Shown piece by piece: positions 41,424 to 51,139 of a stretch of 57,646 nucleotides of DNA (position 1 is its first letter; every line of letters begins with the position of its first letter). Source of the stretch: an uncultured Alphaproteobacteria bacterium (GTDB lineage Bacteria; Pseudomonadota; Alphaproteobacteria; HIMB59; GCA-002718135). The notes under the pieces are model-generated. The model had not been told where the DNA came from and did no database searches. It was given only the letters and a program-made list of their open reading frames with translations. Position numbers and translations under genes: made by a program. The stretch is from NCBI GenBank assembly GCA_902522015.1, contig CABYTX010000003.1, forward strand, positions 1 to 57,646, in the 5' to 3' direction.

Positions 41424-42344
41424 GTGAATGCTAAATCCTTAGAAGCTGGTTATAGCAATAATTTTCTTTTAAGAAAATTCAAAGGTTATTACGAACTAAT
41501 GAAACCAAGAGTTATGTCTTTGGTTATCTTTACAGCATTTGTAGGAATGTTTTTGGCACCAGGGCAGATAACATTTGTAAACAGTTTTCTAGTAATTGTT
41601 GCTATTGCATTAGGAGCTGGTTCTTCAGCAGCAATCAATATGTGGTTTGACGAAGACATTGATAAAACTATGGAAAGAACAAAACTAAGACCAATTCCAC
41701 TTGGAATAGTTTCAAAAAATGAGGCACTAGTTGTAGGAATATTAACAGGTACTATTTCTTTAATTTTGATGCAATGGTTCTCAAATTCATTAGCAACAAG
41801 TTTACTTCTTTTTACAATTCTTTTTTATGTATTTATTTATACATTTTGGCTTAAACGAACAACTTCATTAAACATAGTTATTGGAGGTGCAGCTGGAGCA
41901 ATTCCTCCGATTATTGGTTGGACTGCGGTTGTTCCAGAATTAAGTTTTTTACCAATTAGTTTATTTATTATTATATTTTTTTGGACCCCACCACATTTTT
42001 GGGCCTTATCTGTATATAGATATAATGATTATAAAAATGCTAACGTGCCTATGTTACCAAATGTAAGTAGTATTGATGATACAAAAAAACAGATTGTTTA
42101 TTATGCTGTAATATTAATTTTATCGAGTTATCTTCCATACTTAGATAGTAAAGTTGGAATAATATACTTAACTATAGTTACTATATTAAATTTATTATTA
42201 TTTAATAGTTCGCTAAAGTTAAAACAATCTAAAGAAAAAAAATCAATACCAAATTCTGAAGGATTAAAATTTTTTGCTATTTCAATCCTTTACCTATTCA
42301 GTTTATTTTCAGCATTGTTGATTGATCATGTGGTATTAAGATGA
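41424..42344 (+). CDS. ctaB: Protoheme IX farnesyltransferase (heme O synthase)
   Basis: UbiA-family multi-TM protein in the cox cluster. GTG 41424 lies just after the ctaD stop, and ATG 41499 is an alternative start. The ORF-track start at 41286 lies inside ctaD. Confidence 0.85.
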   Translation: MNAKSLEAGYSNNFLLRKFKGYYELMKPRVMSLVIFTAFVGMFLAPGQITFVNSFLVIVAIALGAGSSAAINMWFDEDIDKTMERTKLRPIPLGIVSKNEALVVGILTGTISLILMQWFSNSLATSLLLFTILFYVFIYTFWLKRTTSLNIVIGGAAGAIPPIIGWTAVVPELSFLPISLFIIIFFWTPPHFWALSVYRYNDYKNANVPMLPNVSSIDDTKKQIVYYAVILILSSYLPYLDSKVGIIYLTIVTILNLLLFNSSLKLKQSKEKKSIPNSEGLKFFAISILYLFSLFSALLIDHVVLR

Positions 42345-42448
42345 AAAATAGAAAAAGAAAAAATATTATAACTCTAATTATTTTACTTTGTATTGTTGCA
42401 TTTTTTTATTTATGGACTCTGTTTAAGGCTAATATTTTTGGAGTATAA
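42341..42448 (+). CDS. 35-aa single-TM micro-protein (MKNRKRKNIITLIILLCIVAFFYLWTLFKANIFGV)
   Basis: Hand-translated; it is below the ORF-track length cutoff. It has an ATGA overlap with the ctaB stop and a TAATG overlap with the ctaG start, and exactly fills the 104-nt gap. Confidence 0.6.
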   Translation: MKNRKRKNIITLIILLCIVAFFYLWTLFKANIFGV

Positions 42449-42963
42449 TGACAAATACTAGAACAGCTTTAGGACTATCATTAATTGTTTTAACAATGAT
42501 TACTTTAGTTGCGTTTTCGGTACCCTTATATGACTTATTTTGTCGTGTTACTGGTTATGGCGGTAAGACAAGTACATCTGAGTTCCTTTCATCATCAATT
42601 TTAGAAAGAGATATTAATCTTAAATTTAATGCTGATGTTAATGATAGTATAAATTGGACTTTTACTGCACCAGAAAATATTAAATTTAAAGTTGGTGAAA
42701 ACAAACTTGTTAATTATAAAGCTACTAATCAATCTGATGTAGAAACAATCGGAACTGCGACATTTAATGTTCTACCAGAAAAGGTCGGTCCATATTTTAT
42801 TAAAACACAGTGTTTCTGTTTCGAAAAGCAAGCTTTGGAACCTGGAGAAACAGTTGAAATGCCAGTTGTGTTTTATATAGACCCTTCAATTAACGAAGAT
42901 CCAACAATGAAAGATGTTGAAGAGATAACGTTGTCATATACCTTTTTTAAATATATAGAATAA
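42448..42963 (+). CDS. ctaG: Cytochrome c oxidase assembly protein CtaG/Cox11
   Basis: N-terminal TM segment, LYDLFCRVTGYGG and a CFCF copper motif. Confidence 0.92.
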   Translation: MTNTRTALGLSLIVLTMITLVAFSVPLYDLFCRVTGYGGKTSTSEFLSSSILERDINLKFNADVNDSINWTFTAPENIKFKVGENKLVNYKATNQSDVETIGTATFNVLPEKVGPYFIKTQCFCFEKQALEPGETVEMPVVFYIDPSINEDPTMKDVEEITLSYTFFKYIE

Positions 42964-42966
42964 TAA

Positions 42967-43812
42967 ATGGCTAATAAATCAACAACAGGGCAGAAACATC
43001 CGTATCATTTAGTTGATCCAAGCCCACTTCCATTTTTATCATCAATAGCTGGTCTTGCAATGGCTGCTGGTCTTGTGTTTTATATGCATTATGGAACTTC
43101 TTGGCTCCTCATTCTAGGCACTATTGGTTTACTAACTATTATGTTTCTATGGTGGAGAGACGTAATCAAAGAGTCAACATTTCAAAAGGTTCACACACCT
43201 GTCGTAGAACTTGGATTAAGATATGGAATGGCGCTTTTTATTGCTTCAGAAGTTATGTTCTTTGTTGCTTTTTTCTGGGCTTTTTTTGATGCAAGCTTAA
43301 CACCTAAATTACCTATAGAAGAATTTTCAGAAACTTTTGATAGTAATGGTGCAGTTGGAATTTGGCCACCAGAAGGTATTAAAACCTTTGATCCACTTGA
43401 TGTGCCTTTTTTAAATACATTAATATTATTAATGTCAGGTACTACTTGTACATGGGCTCACCATGCAGTTAGAGAGGGACATAGAGATCAAGCCATTCAG
43501 GCATTATGGTGCACTGTTGGTCTTGGAATTTTCTTCTCATTTATGCAGGGTGTAGAATATTATGAGGCAGCTCATCATTATTTTAGTTTTACTGATGGAA
43601 TATATCCATCAGTATTTTATATGGCTACTGGTTTTCATGGATTTCATGTAATGGTTGGAACAGCATTCTTAGCTGTTTGTTTGTATCGTGTTTACAAAAA
43701 TCATTTTACCCCAGATAGACATTTTGGTTTAGAAGCAGCAGCATGGTACTGGCACTTTGTTGACGTAGTTTGGCTGTTCTTGTTTGTCTGCGTTTATGTT
43801 TGGGGTGCATAA
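42967..43812 (+). CDS. ctaE: Cytochrome c oxidase subunit III
   Basis: Contains HPYHLVDPSPLP and seven-TM Cox3 motifs (GFHGFHV, WYWHFVDVVWLFLF). Confidence 0.95.
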   Translation: MANKSTTGQKHPYHLVDPSPLPFLSSIAGLAMAAGLVFYMHYGTSWLLILGTIGLLTIMFLWWRDVIKESTFQKVHTPVVELGLRYGMALFIASEVMFFVAFFWAFFDASLTPKLPIEEFSETFDSNGAVGIWPPEGIKTFDPLDVPFLNTLILLMSGTTCTWAHHAVREGHRDQAIQALWCTVGLGIFFSFMQGVEYYEAAHHYFSFTDGIYPSVFYMATGFHGFHVMVGTAFLAVCLYRVYKNHFTPDRHFGLEAAAWYWHFVDVVWLFLFVCVYVWGA

Positions 43813-43875
43813 ATTAAAAACTTTCCAATAAAATTTATTTTTTTTAGTTTATTTTGTATTGCGCTGACAATATTT

Positions 43876-44502
43876 TTGGGAATTTGGCAATTGCAAAGAC
43901 TGGAATGGAAAGAAAAAATTATAGCCGAATTTAATGAACTAAAGGATCAAAAACCACTGTCACTATCAATGGGAAAAATGAAGTATCCAAACATTGATGA
44001 GTTTACTAAAGTTATCACTTTAGGAACTGTTGACAGAAGTAAAAAAATTTTTTTCCCGGCTAAAACATTGAATGGGATTTCTGGTGTTAGAATAGCCAGT
44101 TTATTGTCAGATAATCATGGTAATAATTATTTAATTGATGAAGGTTGGTTTGAGCAAAGTAGGTATGATTATTTTAAAGACAATAATGAAATAATAGATG
44201 CTGAAATTCTAGGATACATCCGATATCCAACTCAAAAACAGATGTTTACTCCTGAGAACTCTATTTCTTCAAATGAATGGTATTATTATGATCTGGAGCA
44301 AATTCAAACTTACTTAAATGTTAAGATTAATCAGAAATTTTTCATTAAAAATATGAGCAATTATGCAGAGAATTTCTTAATACCTTCATCTCAAAATCAT
44401 AGTTTTTCAAATAATCATTTGCAGTATGCAATTACATGGTTTTTGATGAGCTTTTCTTTTTTGATTATTTTTATAATTTATTTATTTAGAAAGAAAAAAT
44501 GA
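43876..44502 (+). CDS. SURF1-family cytochrome oxidase biogenesis protein (true start probably upstream and non-canonical)
   Basis: GIWQLQRLEWK is the SURF1 hallmark and a C-terminal TM segment (YAITWFLMSF...) is present. TTG 43876 is the first canonical start, but the expected N-terminal TM helix is encoded in frame at 43813-43875. Confidence 0.8.
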   Translation: MGIWQLQRLEWKEKIIAEFNELKDQKPLSLSMGKMKYPNIDEFTKVITLGTVDRSKKIFFPAKTLNGISGVRIASLLSDNHGNNYLIDEGWFEQSRYDYFKDNNEIIDAEILGYIRYPTQKQMFTPENSISSNEWYYYDLEQIQTYLNVKINQKFFIKNMSNYAENFLIPSSQNHSFSNNHLQYAITWFLMSFSFLIIFIIYLFRKKK

Positions 44503-45977
44503 AAACATATTTAAAACTTAAAGAAATCTTTAATGAAGCTTCACTGACATCAGATATTGCAGGTATTTTACACTGGGATATGGCAACAATGATGCCGAGC
44601 AGCTCAAGAGATCAAAGATCAGAGCAATTAGCCTATTTATCAAAACTTAGTCATAGTAAAATTTCATCTTCTGAAGTTGGTGATTTAATTGAAAACTCAA
44701 AGAATCTTAACCTAAATAATAGTGATCTGAAAAACTTAAATGAAATGGATAGAGAATATAAATTAGCTTCTGCTATACCAACGGAGCTTGTAGAGAAAAT
44801 TTCAAAATCTTCAGCTAATTGTGAGGGTGTTTGGCAAGAGGCAAGGGAAAAGTCAGATTTTAATTTAGTAAAAAAAGATTTAGAAGAACTTATAAATTTA
44901 ACGAAAGAAGAAGCTAATATTTTAGGAGAAACTTTTAAAGTTTCTCCGTATGAAGCTCTAATAAATAAATTTGAACCTTCTTCAGAAGAAAATAAAATAT
45001 CTGAGGTATTTGATGATTTACAAAAATTTCTATCACCACTTATTGACAAAATTATAGATAAGCAAAGAAATGAAGAAATACTTCAATTTGAAACAAGTAT
45101 AGATGAAGAAAAGCAGAAAAATATTTCTGAATATATAATGAAACAAATAGGTTTTGATTTTACAAGGGGAAGACTTGATAAAAGTGTCCACCCTTTTTGT
45201 GGAGGGTCTACAAATGATGTTAGGATTACAACTAGATATAATTATGACAATCCATTTTCATCTTTAGATGGTGTTATGCATGAAACTGGACACGCATTAT
45301 ATGAGCTAAACCTACCAAAAGATTGGATGCATCAGCCAGCAGGTAAATCTAGAGGAATGGCTATGCATGAAAGTCAATCGCTACTAATTGAAATGCAAAT
45401 CACAAGGTCTTTAGCTTTTAAAAAATTTTTATCTAATACTTTAAATAAACAATTTAATTTTAAAGACAAAGCTACAGATCCTGACAATCTTTACAAATTA
45501 GGTACTCGAGTAAACAAATCTTTTATAAGAGTTGAGTCGGATGAAGTTACCTACCCCCTGCATATTATTTTAAGATTTAATTTAGAAAGGAAAATTTTTA
45601 ACGATGAAATAAATATTGCAGACATTCCCGATGCTTGGAATGATGAATTTAATAGATTATTTAATTTATCGATAAATAAAGACACTGATGGATGTTTACA
45701 AGATATTCATTGGTTTGCTGGATTATTTGGATACTTTCCAACATATTCATTAGGAGCACTCACTGCTGCTCAATTTGCGTCTCAATTGAGAACTGATCAA
45801 AAGGAATTAGATAAGGAAATAGAAAATGGTGAATTTTCAAATTTAGTAAATTGGCTTAAAAAAAATATCCATGAAAAAGCTAGTTTTTTTTCAACTAATG
45901 AGGTTTTAGAACAGGTTACAAAGTCGCCTTTAAATGCTAAATATTTCAAAGAATATATTACTAATCGCTATCTTTAA
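44499..45977 (+). CDS. Carboxypeptidase M32 (Taq-type metallocarboxypeptidase)
   Basis: Contains the HPFCGG motif and the zinc site HETGHALYE. Confidence 0.9.
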   Translation: MKTYLKLKEIFNEASLTSDIAGILHWDMATMMPSSSRDQRSEQLAYLSKLSHSKISSSEVGDLIENSKNLNLNNSDLKNLNEMDREYKLASAIPTELVEKISKSSANCEGVWQEAREKSDFNLVKKDLEELINLTKEEANILGETFKVSPYEALINKFEPSSEENKISEVFDDLQKFLSPLIDKIIDKQRNEEILQFETSIDEEKQKNISEYIMKQIGFDFTRGRLDKSVHPFCGGSTNDVRITTRYNYDNPFSSLDGVMHETGHALYELNLPKDWMHQPAGKSRGMAMHESQSLLIEMQITRSLAFKKFLSNTLNKQFNFKDKATDPDNLYKLGTRVNKSFIRVESDEVTYPLHIILRFNLERKIFNDEINIADIPDAWNDEFNRLFNLSINKDTDGCLQDIHWFAGLFGYFPTYSLGALTAAQFASQLRTDQKELDKEIENGEFSNLVNWLKKNIHEKASFFSTNEVLEQVTKSPLNAKYFKEYITNRYL

Positions 45978-47353
45978 TGAAATATTTAAGTACAAGAGAT
46001 GATTCTCTAAGTAGATCATTCAACGACATTCTTTATCAAGGATTATCAAGAGATGGCGGTCTATATTTACCCCAAAGCTGGCCCAAAATAGACTTACCAA
46101 GTTTAAAAAATAAATCATACGAACAAGTGGCATGCGAAATTATTTTTCCTTATGTAAATGAAAATATAGAAAAATTAGAATTACAAAAAATTTTAAATGA
46201 AACTTATGCAAATTTTAATCATGAAAAAATAGCTCCATTAGTAGAATTAGAAAATAATAAATTTTTATTAGAATTAATTTATGGGCCTACTTTTGCTTTT
46301 AAAGATTACGCTTTACAATTTCTTGGTAACCTATTTTCTACAAGTTTAGAGATGTCTCCAAAAAAAATTACTGTTTTAGGCGCAACTTCTGGTGATACTG
46401 GGTCAGCTGCAATTCATTCTTTTAAATCAAAAAAAGATATAAATGTATTTATTCTACATCCTCATAATAAAGTATCACTTATTCAACAAAAACAAATGAC
46501 TACAGTAATTGATAAGAATATTTTTAATATTGCTGTAGATGGTAATTTTGATGATTGTCAAAAAATTGTCAAAGAACTATTTGTAGATGATGAAATACAA
46601 GAGTCTACCTCTTTAACTGCAGTAAACTCTATAAATTGGGCACGATTAATTGCCCAAGTAGTTTATTATTTTTGGTCTTATTTACAAACTGATAAGCATC
46701 AAATAAATTTTATTGTTCCTTCGGGAAATTTTGGCAATATATTTTCCGCCTTTGTTGCTAAACAAATGGGATTACCTATTGGTCATTTACATATTGCAAC
46801 TAATTCTAATGATATCTTGAAGTCCATAGTAGAAACTGGAGAAATGAAAAAAAAATCTGTTTCTCAAACATATAGCCCTAGTATGGATATACAAGTTTCA
46901 AGTAATTTTGAGAGGCAAATTTTTGAAAGCCTCAATAGAGATAGCAAAAAAGTAAATGAAGTATTTGAAAACTTTTCATCAAAAGGTTTTTATCAATTTG
47001 ATGACTCTGTATTAGCTAAGTTTCAGCAAATATATGAGGCTTCTTCAATTGATGATAATCAGACTCTGGAGACAATTAAATATGTATATGAAAAATATAA
47101 TTATATTGCTGATCCACATACTGCAACAGGACTAAAAGTATTACTAGATAAAAAAGATGATGAAGCCTGGGTATCTTTGGTTTGTGCACATCCTGCAAAA
47201 TTTGACAAAGCTGTGAATAAAGCAATCAATAAAGAAATTGATATACCAAAAGAATTGAGCAATCTCTTTGATAAAAAGGAAAAGATGACTATATTACCCA
47301 ATAGTACCATGGAAGTAAAAAACTTCATCTTGGAAAAAATAAGCAATGCATAA
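45977..47353 (+). CDS. thrC: Threonine synthase
   Basis: Long-form ThrC N-terminus (MKYLSTRD), PLP lysine region PTFAFKD and SSGNFG-like PSGNFGN. Confidence 0.92.
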   Translation: MKYLSTRDDSLSRSFNDILYQGLSRDGGLYLPQSWPKIDLPSLKNKSYEQVACEIIFPYVNENIEKLELQKILNETYANFNHEKIAPLVELENNKFLLELIYGPTFAFKDYALQFLGNLFSTSLEMSPKKITVLGATSGDTGSAAIHSFKSKKDINVFILHPHNKVSLIQQKQMTTVIDKNIFNIAVDGNFDDCQKIVKELFVDDEIQESTSLTAVNSINWARLIAQVVYYFWSYLQTDKHQINFIVPSGNFGNIFSAFVAKQMGLPIGHLHIATNSNDILKSIVETGEMKKKSVSQTYSPSMDIQVSSNFERQIFESLNRDSKKVNEVFENFSSKGFYQFDDSVLAKFQQIYEASSIDDNQTLETIKYVYEKYNYIADPHTATGLKVLLDKKDDEAWVSLVCAHPAKFDKAVNKAINKEIDIPKELSNLFDKKEKMTILPNSTMEVKNFILEKISNA

Positions 47354-48599
47354 AATTACAACACTAGAAAACGGATTAAGAATAGTAACTCAAAATATGC
47401 CAGGGTTGGAAACAGTATCAATGGGTATATGGAATTTTGTTGGTGGTAGAGATGAAACAAAAGATATAAATGGTGTTGCTCACCTTTTAGAGCATATGGC
47501 TTTTAAGGGCACATCAACTAAAAATGCTCTGCAAATTGCCGAAACAATTGAAAATGTTGGCGGAGATATAAATGCCTATACTTCAAAGGAAATAACAGCT
47601 TATTATGTAAAACTCTTAGCTGATGATCTACATTATGGAATAGATATTCTGACAGATATTTTGCAAAATTCTACATTTGCTGAAGATGAGCTTAATCGAG
47701 AAAGAGGAGTCATAATTCAAGAAATTGGCATGTACCTTGATACACCTGATGATATGATTTTTGATTATTGGCAAGAAAAAGCATACCCGGACCAGCCAAT
47801 GGGACGTTCCATATTGGGTAAAACTGATATTATTAAAAATATTTCAAGAGACGAAGTTAAAGACTTCATGATGAATCATTATAATCCAAAAAAAATGATT
47901 ATAAGTGCAGCTGGAAAAATTGATCATGATCAATTTGTAGAATCAATTAAAAAATCATGCACTAACCTACCAACTGGATTATCTACTGAAAGACAAAAAG
48001 CTGATTACAAATCTGGAGAATACAGAGAAGATAAAAAATTAGAACAGATTCACTTACTACTTGGTTTTGAAGGTATAGATTATCACCATGATGATTACTA
48101 TTCTTTATTGGTTTATTCTTCTTTATTAGGCGGAGGTATGTCATCAAGATTGTTTCAAGAGATAAGAGAAAAACGTGGTCTTGTATATGGAATTTCCTCT
48201 TTTAGTTCTTCTTATACTGACACGGGTGTTTTTGGTATTTATTGTGGAACAGGTGAAAATCAAATCCAAGAGCTCATACCTGTTTTATGTGATCAATTAA
48301 ATGAAAGTCCTAATTCAATTACAGATAAAGAAATAAATAGAGGTAAAGCTCAATTGAAAGCAAGCTTAATGATGGGGAGAGAAAGTGCATTTAGAAGATG
48401 TGAGAGTGCTGCTAGACAACTTCTGGTATTTAATAGAATAATTGACCCCGCTGAAACTATTAAAAATATAGATAAGGTTTCTAAAGAGACAGTTCAAAAG
48501 ATTGCTAATGAAATTGTAAAGGGGCCAATAACTATATCAAGTATCGGACCGTTATCTAAACTTGAAAATATTGATAAAATACAAAATCGTATTAACTAA
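47346..48599 (+). CDS. M16-family (pitrilysin-like) zinc peptidase
   Basis: Inverted zinc motif HLLEHMAFKG. Alphaproteobacterial thrC-M16 synteny. Confidence 0.9.
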   Translation: MHKITTLENGLRIVTQNMPGLETVSMGIWNFVGGRDETKDINGVAHLLEHMAFKGTSTKNALQIAETIENVGGDINAYTSKEITAYYVKLLADDLHYGIDILTDILQNSTFAEDELNRERGVIIQEIGMYLDTPDDMIFDYWQEKAYPDQPMGRSILGKTDIIKNISRDEVKDFMMNHYNPKKMIISAAGKIDHDQFVESIKKSCTNLPTGLSTERQKADYKSGEYREDKKLEQIHLLLGFEGIDYHHDDYYSLLVYSSLLGGGMSSRLFQEIREKRGLVYGISSFSSSYTDTGVFGIYCGTGENQIQELIPVLCDQLNESPNSITDKEINRGKAQLKASLMMGRESAFRRCESAARQLLVFNRIIDPAETIKNIDKVSKETVQKIANEIVKGPITISSIGPLSKLENIDKIQNRIN

Positions 48600-48621
48600 A
48601 CTTTTCAAAAATTTTAAAATA

Positions 48622-48828
48622 TTATTTTATTTTTATATCTTCTTTAATTGAATGATTAAGCTCTCCATCTTCAGATGATAAATTCATAGACACTTTTATG
48701 GATTCACCTGTTTTGATACTTCCTTTGGAAAATTTTTTTCGTATGTAATTTTCTATTTCACGTTGAGAGCTAATACCAACTTGTTTAAGAAATTTTCTAA
48801 TCTCTAGATTTAAATTATCTTCATCCAT
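48622..48828 (-). CDS. Small conserved hypothetical protein (68 aa)
   Basis: Isolated minus-strand ORF filling an intergenic gap. The IRKFLKQVGISSQREIE segment resembles small proteins of unknown function in alphaproteobacteria (recalled from memory, not verified). Confidence 0.55.
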   Translation of the reverse strand: MDEDNLNLEIRKFLKQVGISSQREIENYIRKKFSKGSIKTGESIKVSMNLSSEDGELNHSIKEDIKIK

Positions 48829-48881
48829 GATTTACTATAAATTATTTTGATAGATTCATTCAATAATGTTATTAATTTTAT

Positions 48882-49322
48882 ATGGAAATTGCTTCTTTTA
48901 AAACTAAACTCGGTTGGATTACGGTAAAAAAAAAGGGCGGGAACATCTTATCACTGAGTTTTGGAAAAACAAATGAAACTAATGATGTAATTAATATTAA
49001 GAATCAGATTAATTTATATGCCTCTGGAAAACTTAAAAATTTTAAGATTAACTATTCTTTCGAAGGGTCCCCTTTGCAAAAAAAAATTTGGAAAGAATTA
49101 TCTAAAATTAAATATGGTAAAGTTTCAACATATGGAGAAATAGCAAAAAAAGTTGGTACGTCTCCAAGATATGTAGGTAATGTTTGTGGACAAAATAAAC
49201 TTTTGCTTATTATTCCCTGTCACCGCATAATTCGTAGCGATGGTAAACTTGGAGGATTTTCTGGAAGAGGGGGGATCAGGTTAAAAAAAAGATTACTCAA
49301 CTTAGAAAAAAGTGTCTCATAA
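48882..49322 (+). CDS. ogt: Methylated-DNA--protein-cysteine methyltransferase
   Basis: Active site motif IPCHRII and helix-turn-helix region YGEIAKKVG. Confidence 0.88.
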   Translation: MEIASFKTKLGWITVKKKGGNILSLSFGKTNETNDVINIKNQINLYASGKLKNFKINYSFEGSPLQKKIWKELSKIKYGKVSTYGEIAKKVGTSPRYVGNVCGQNKLLLIIPCHRIIRSDGKLGGFSGRGGIRLKKRLLNLEKSVS

Positions 49323-50040
49323 TATAATTATTCTTCAACATACGCCCTTAGTAACACCTGGGTACTTTACAGAGTTAATGAATGAAGACTTAGTTGAAAC
49401 AACTATTATTCGATTGGATAAAGGAGAAAAGATTCCTGTTAATCTTGATATATATGATGGAATGATATGTTTAGGTGGACCAATGGACACTTGGATGGAA
49501 GAACAATATCCGTGGATGATTGATGAAAAAAATAAGATAAAGGAATTTGTTCTAAATAATCAAAAACCATATCTTGGAATCTGTTTAGGTTGTCAATTTT
49601 TGGGAGAAATTCTTGGCGGTAAAGTAATTAAATCTAATCCTCCAGAAATCGGGGTTTTAAATATTAATATTTTAGATAATAAAAAAAAGGATCAACTTTT
49701 TAAAAATTTTGATAATCAGATTAAAGCATTACAATGGCATAGTTACGAGGTAAGTGAACTAAATAATTCTGATGTTACAATTTTAGGTTCATCAGATATT
49801 ACAAAATTTCAAATTTTTAAGTATAAAAACCATGCTTATGGCATTCAATTTCATATGGAAGTAGATGAAAACACAATAATTAAATGGTCCAAAGTTCCTG
49901 AATTAAAAAATGCTTTAGAAAAATATTTAGGCAAAAACTCCATTGATGAACTGGATAAATTGCTAAGAAATAATATTCAAGAAATGAACTATAATACTAA
50001 AAAATTATACGAAAATTTTAAAAATTTAATGACTACCTAA
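49312..50040 (+). CDS. Class I glutamine amidotransferase-like protein
   Basis: GTG start overlapping the ogt end. Contains IIILQH, nucleophile elbow GICLGCQ, and the catalytic His region HMEV. Confidence 0.8.
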   Translation: MSHNIIILQHTPLVTPGYFTELMNEDLVETTIIRLDKGEKIPVNLDIYDGMICLGGPMDTWMEEQYPWMIDEKNKIKEFVLNNQKPYLGICLGCQFLGEILGGKVIKSNPPEIGVLNINILDNKKKDQLFKNFDNQIKALQWHSYEVSELNNSDVTILGSSDITKFQIFKYKNHAYGIQFHMEVDENTIIKWSKVPELKNALEKYLGKNSIDELDKLLRNNIQEMNYNTKKLYENFKNLMTT

Positions 50041-50074
50041 CTGTTTCGTGTTTAAATAATTATGGAGATTTAAT

Positions 50075-51127
50075 ATGAAAAAAATAAAAGGCCCAGCAAT
50101 ATTTCTTGCCCAGTTTGTAAGTGATGATGAACCTTTCAACTCATTAGAGTCAATATCAAAATGGGCTTCTAATTTAGGGTATAAAGGCGTACAGATACCT
50201 TCATGGGATTCAAGATTAATTGATTTAAAAAAAGCTTCTGAAAGTAAAGATTATTGTGATGATATAAAAGGAATTCTTGAAAATAATAATTTACAACTGA
50301 CAGAGTTATCTACTCACCTTCAAGGTCAGCTTGTTGCTGTTCATCCTGCATACGATATTCCTTTTGATGGATTTGCAGATGAAAAAGTAAGAGGTAATCC
50401 AAGTAAAAGAAAAGAATGGGCTATTGATCAATTAATGCAAGCAGCAGTTGCTTCAAGGAACTTTGGACTAAATGCACATGCAACTTTTTCTGGTGCACTA
50501 GCATGGCCATATTTATATCCATGGCCTCAAAGACCAGAAGGTTTAGTAGATGAAGCTTTTAATGAACTTGCAAAAAGATGGAAACCAATTTTAAATAAAT
50601 TCGACGAAGCTGGGGTAGATCTATGTTATGAAATCCATCCTGGTGAAGATCTCCATGATGGAATTACATTTGAAATGTTTTTAGAAAAGGTTGGTAATCA
50701 TCCAAGATGTAATATGCTTTATGACCCAAGTCATTTTATTCTTCAACATTTAAATTATTTGGATCATATTGATATCTATCATGACAAATTAAAAATGTTT
50801 CATGTAAAAGATGCTGAATTAAATCCAAGTGGGAAGCAAGGTGTATACGGAGGTTTTCAATCATGGATTAATAGAGCCGGCAGATTCAGATCATTAGGAG
50901 ATGGTCAGGTTGACTTTAAATCTATTTTTTCAAAATTATCTGGTTATAATTTTGATGGCTGGGCAGTGTTAGAATGGGAATGTTGTATAAAAAGCCCTCA
51001 ACAAGGAGCAGAAGAGGGTTCTAAATTTATTAAAGAGCATATCATCGATGTAACTGAAAAAGCTTTTGACGATTTTGCTGATTCAGGAATGGATGAAGAA
51101 ACTAATAAAAAACTTTTAGGTATTTAG
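50075..51127 (+). CDS. Sugar phosphate isomerase/epimerase (xylose isomerase-like TIM barrel)
   Basis: 350 aa. AP endonuclease 2/XylA-like TIM-barrel features (EIHPGE, HVKD, LEWE), with SD GGAG upstream. Confidence 0.8.
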   Translation: MKKIKGPAIFLAQFVSDDEPFNSLESISKWASNLGYKGVQIPSWDSRLIDLKKASESKDYCDDIKGILENNNLQLTELSTHLQGQLVAVHPAYDIPFDGFADEKVRGNPSKRKEWAIDQLMQAAVASRNFGLNAHATFSGALAWPYLYPWPQRPEGLVDEAFNELAKRWKPILNKFDEAGVDLCYEIHPGEDLHDGITFEMFLEKVGNHPRCNMLYDPSHFILQHLNYLDHIDIYHDKLKMFHVKDAELNPSGKQGVYGGFQSWINRAGRFRSLGDGQVDFKSIFSKLSGYNFDGWAVLEWECCIKSPQQGAEEGSKFIKEHIIDVTEKAFDDFADSGMDEETNKKLLGI

Positions 51128-51139
51128 GAGAAAATTTAA

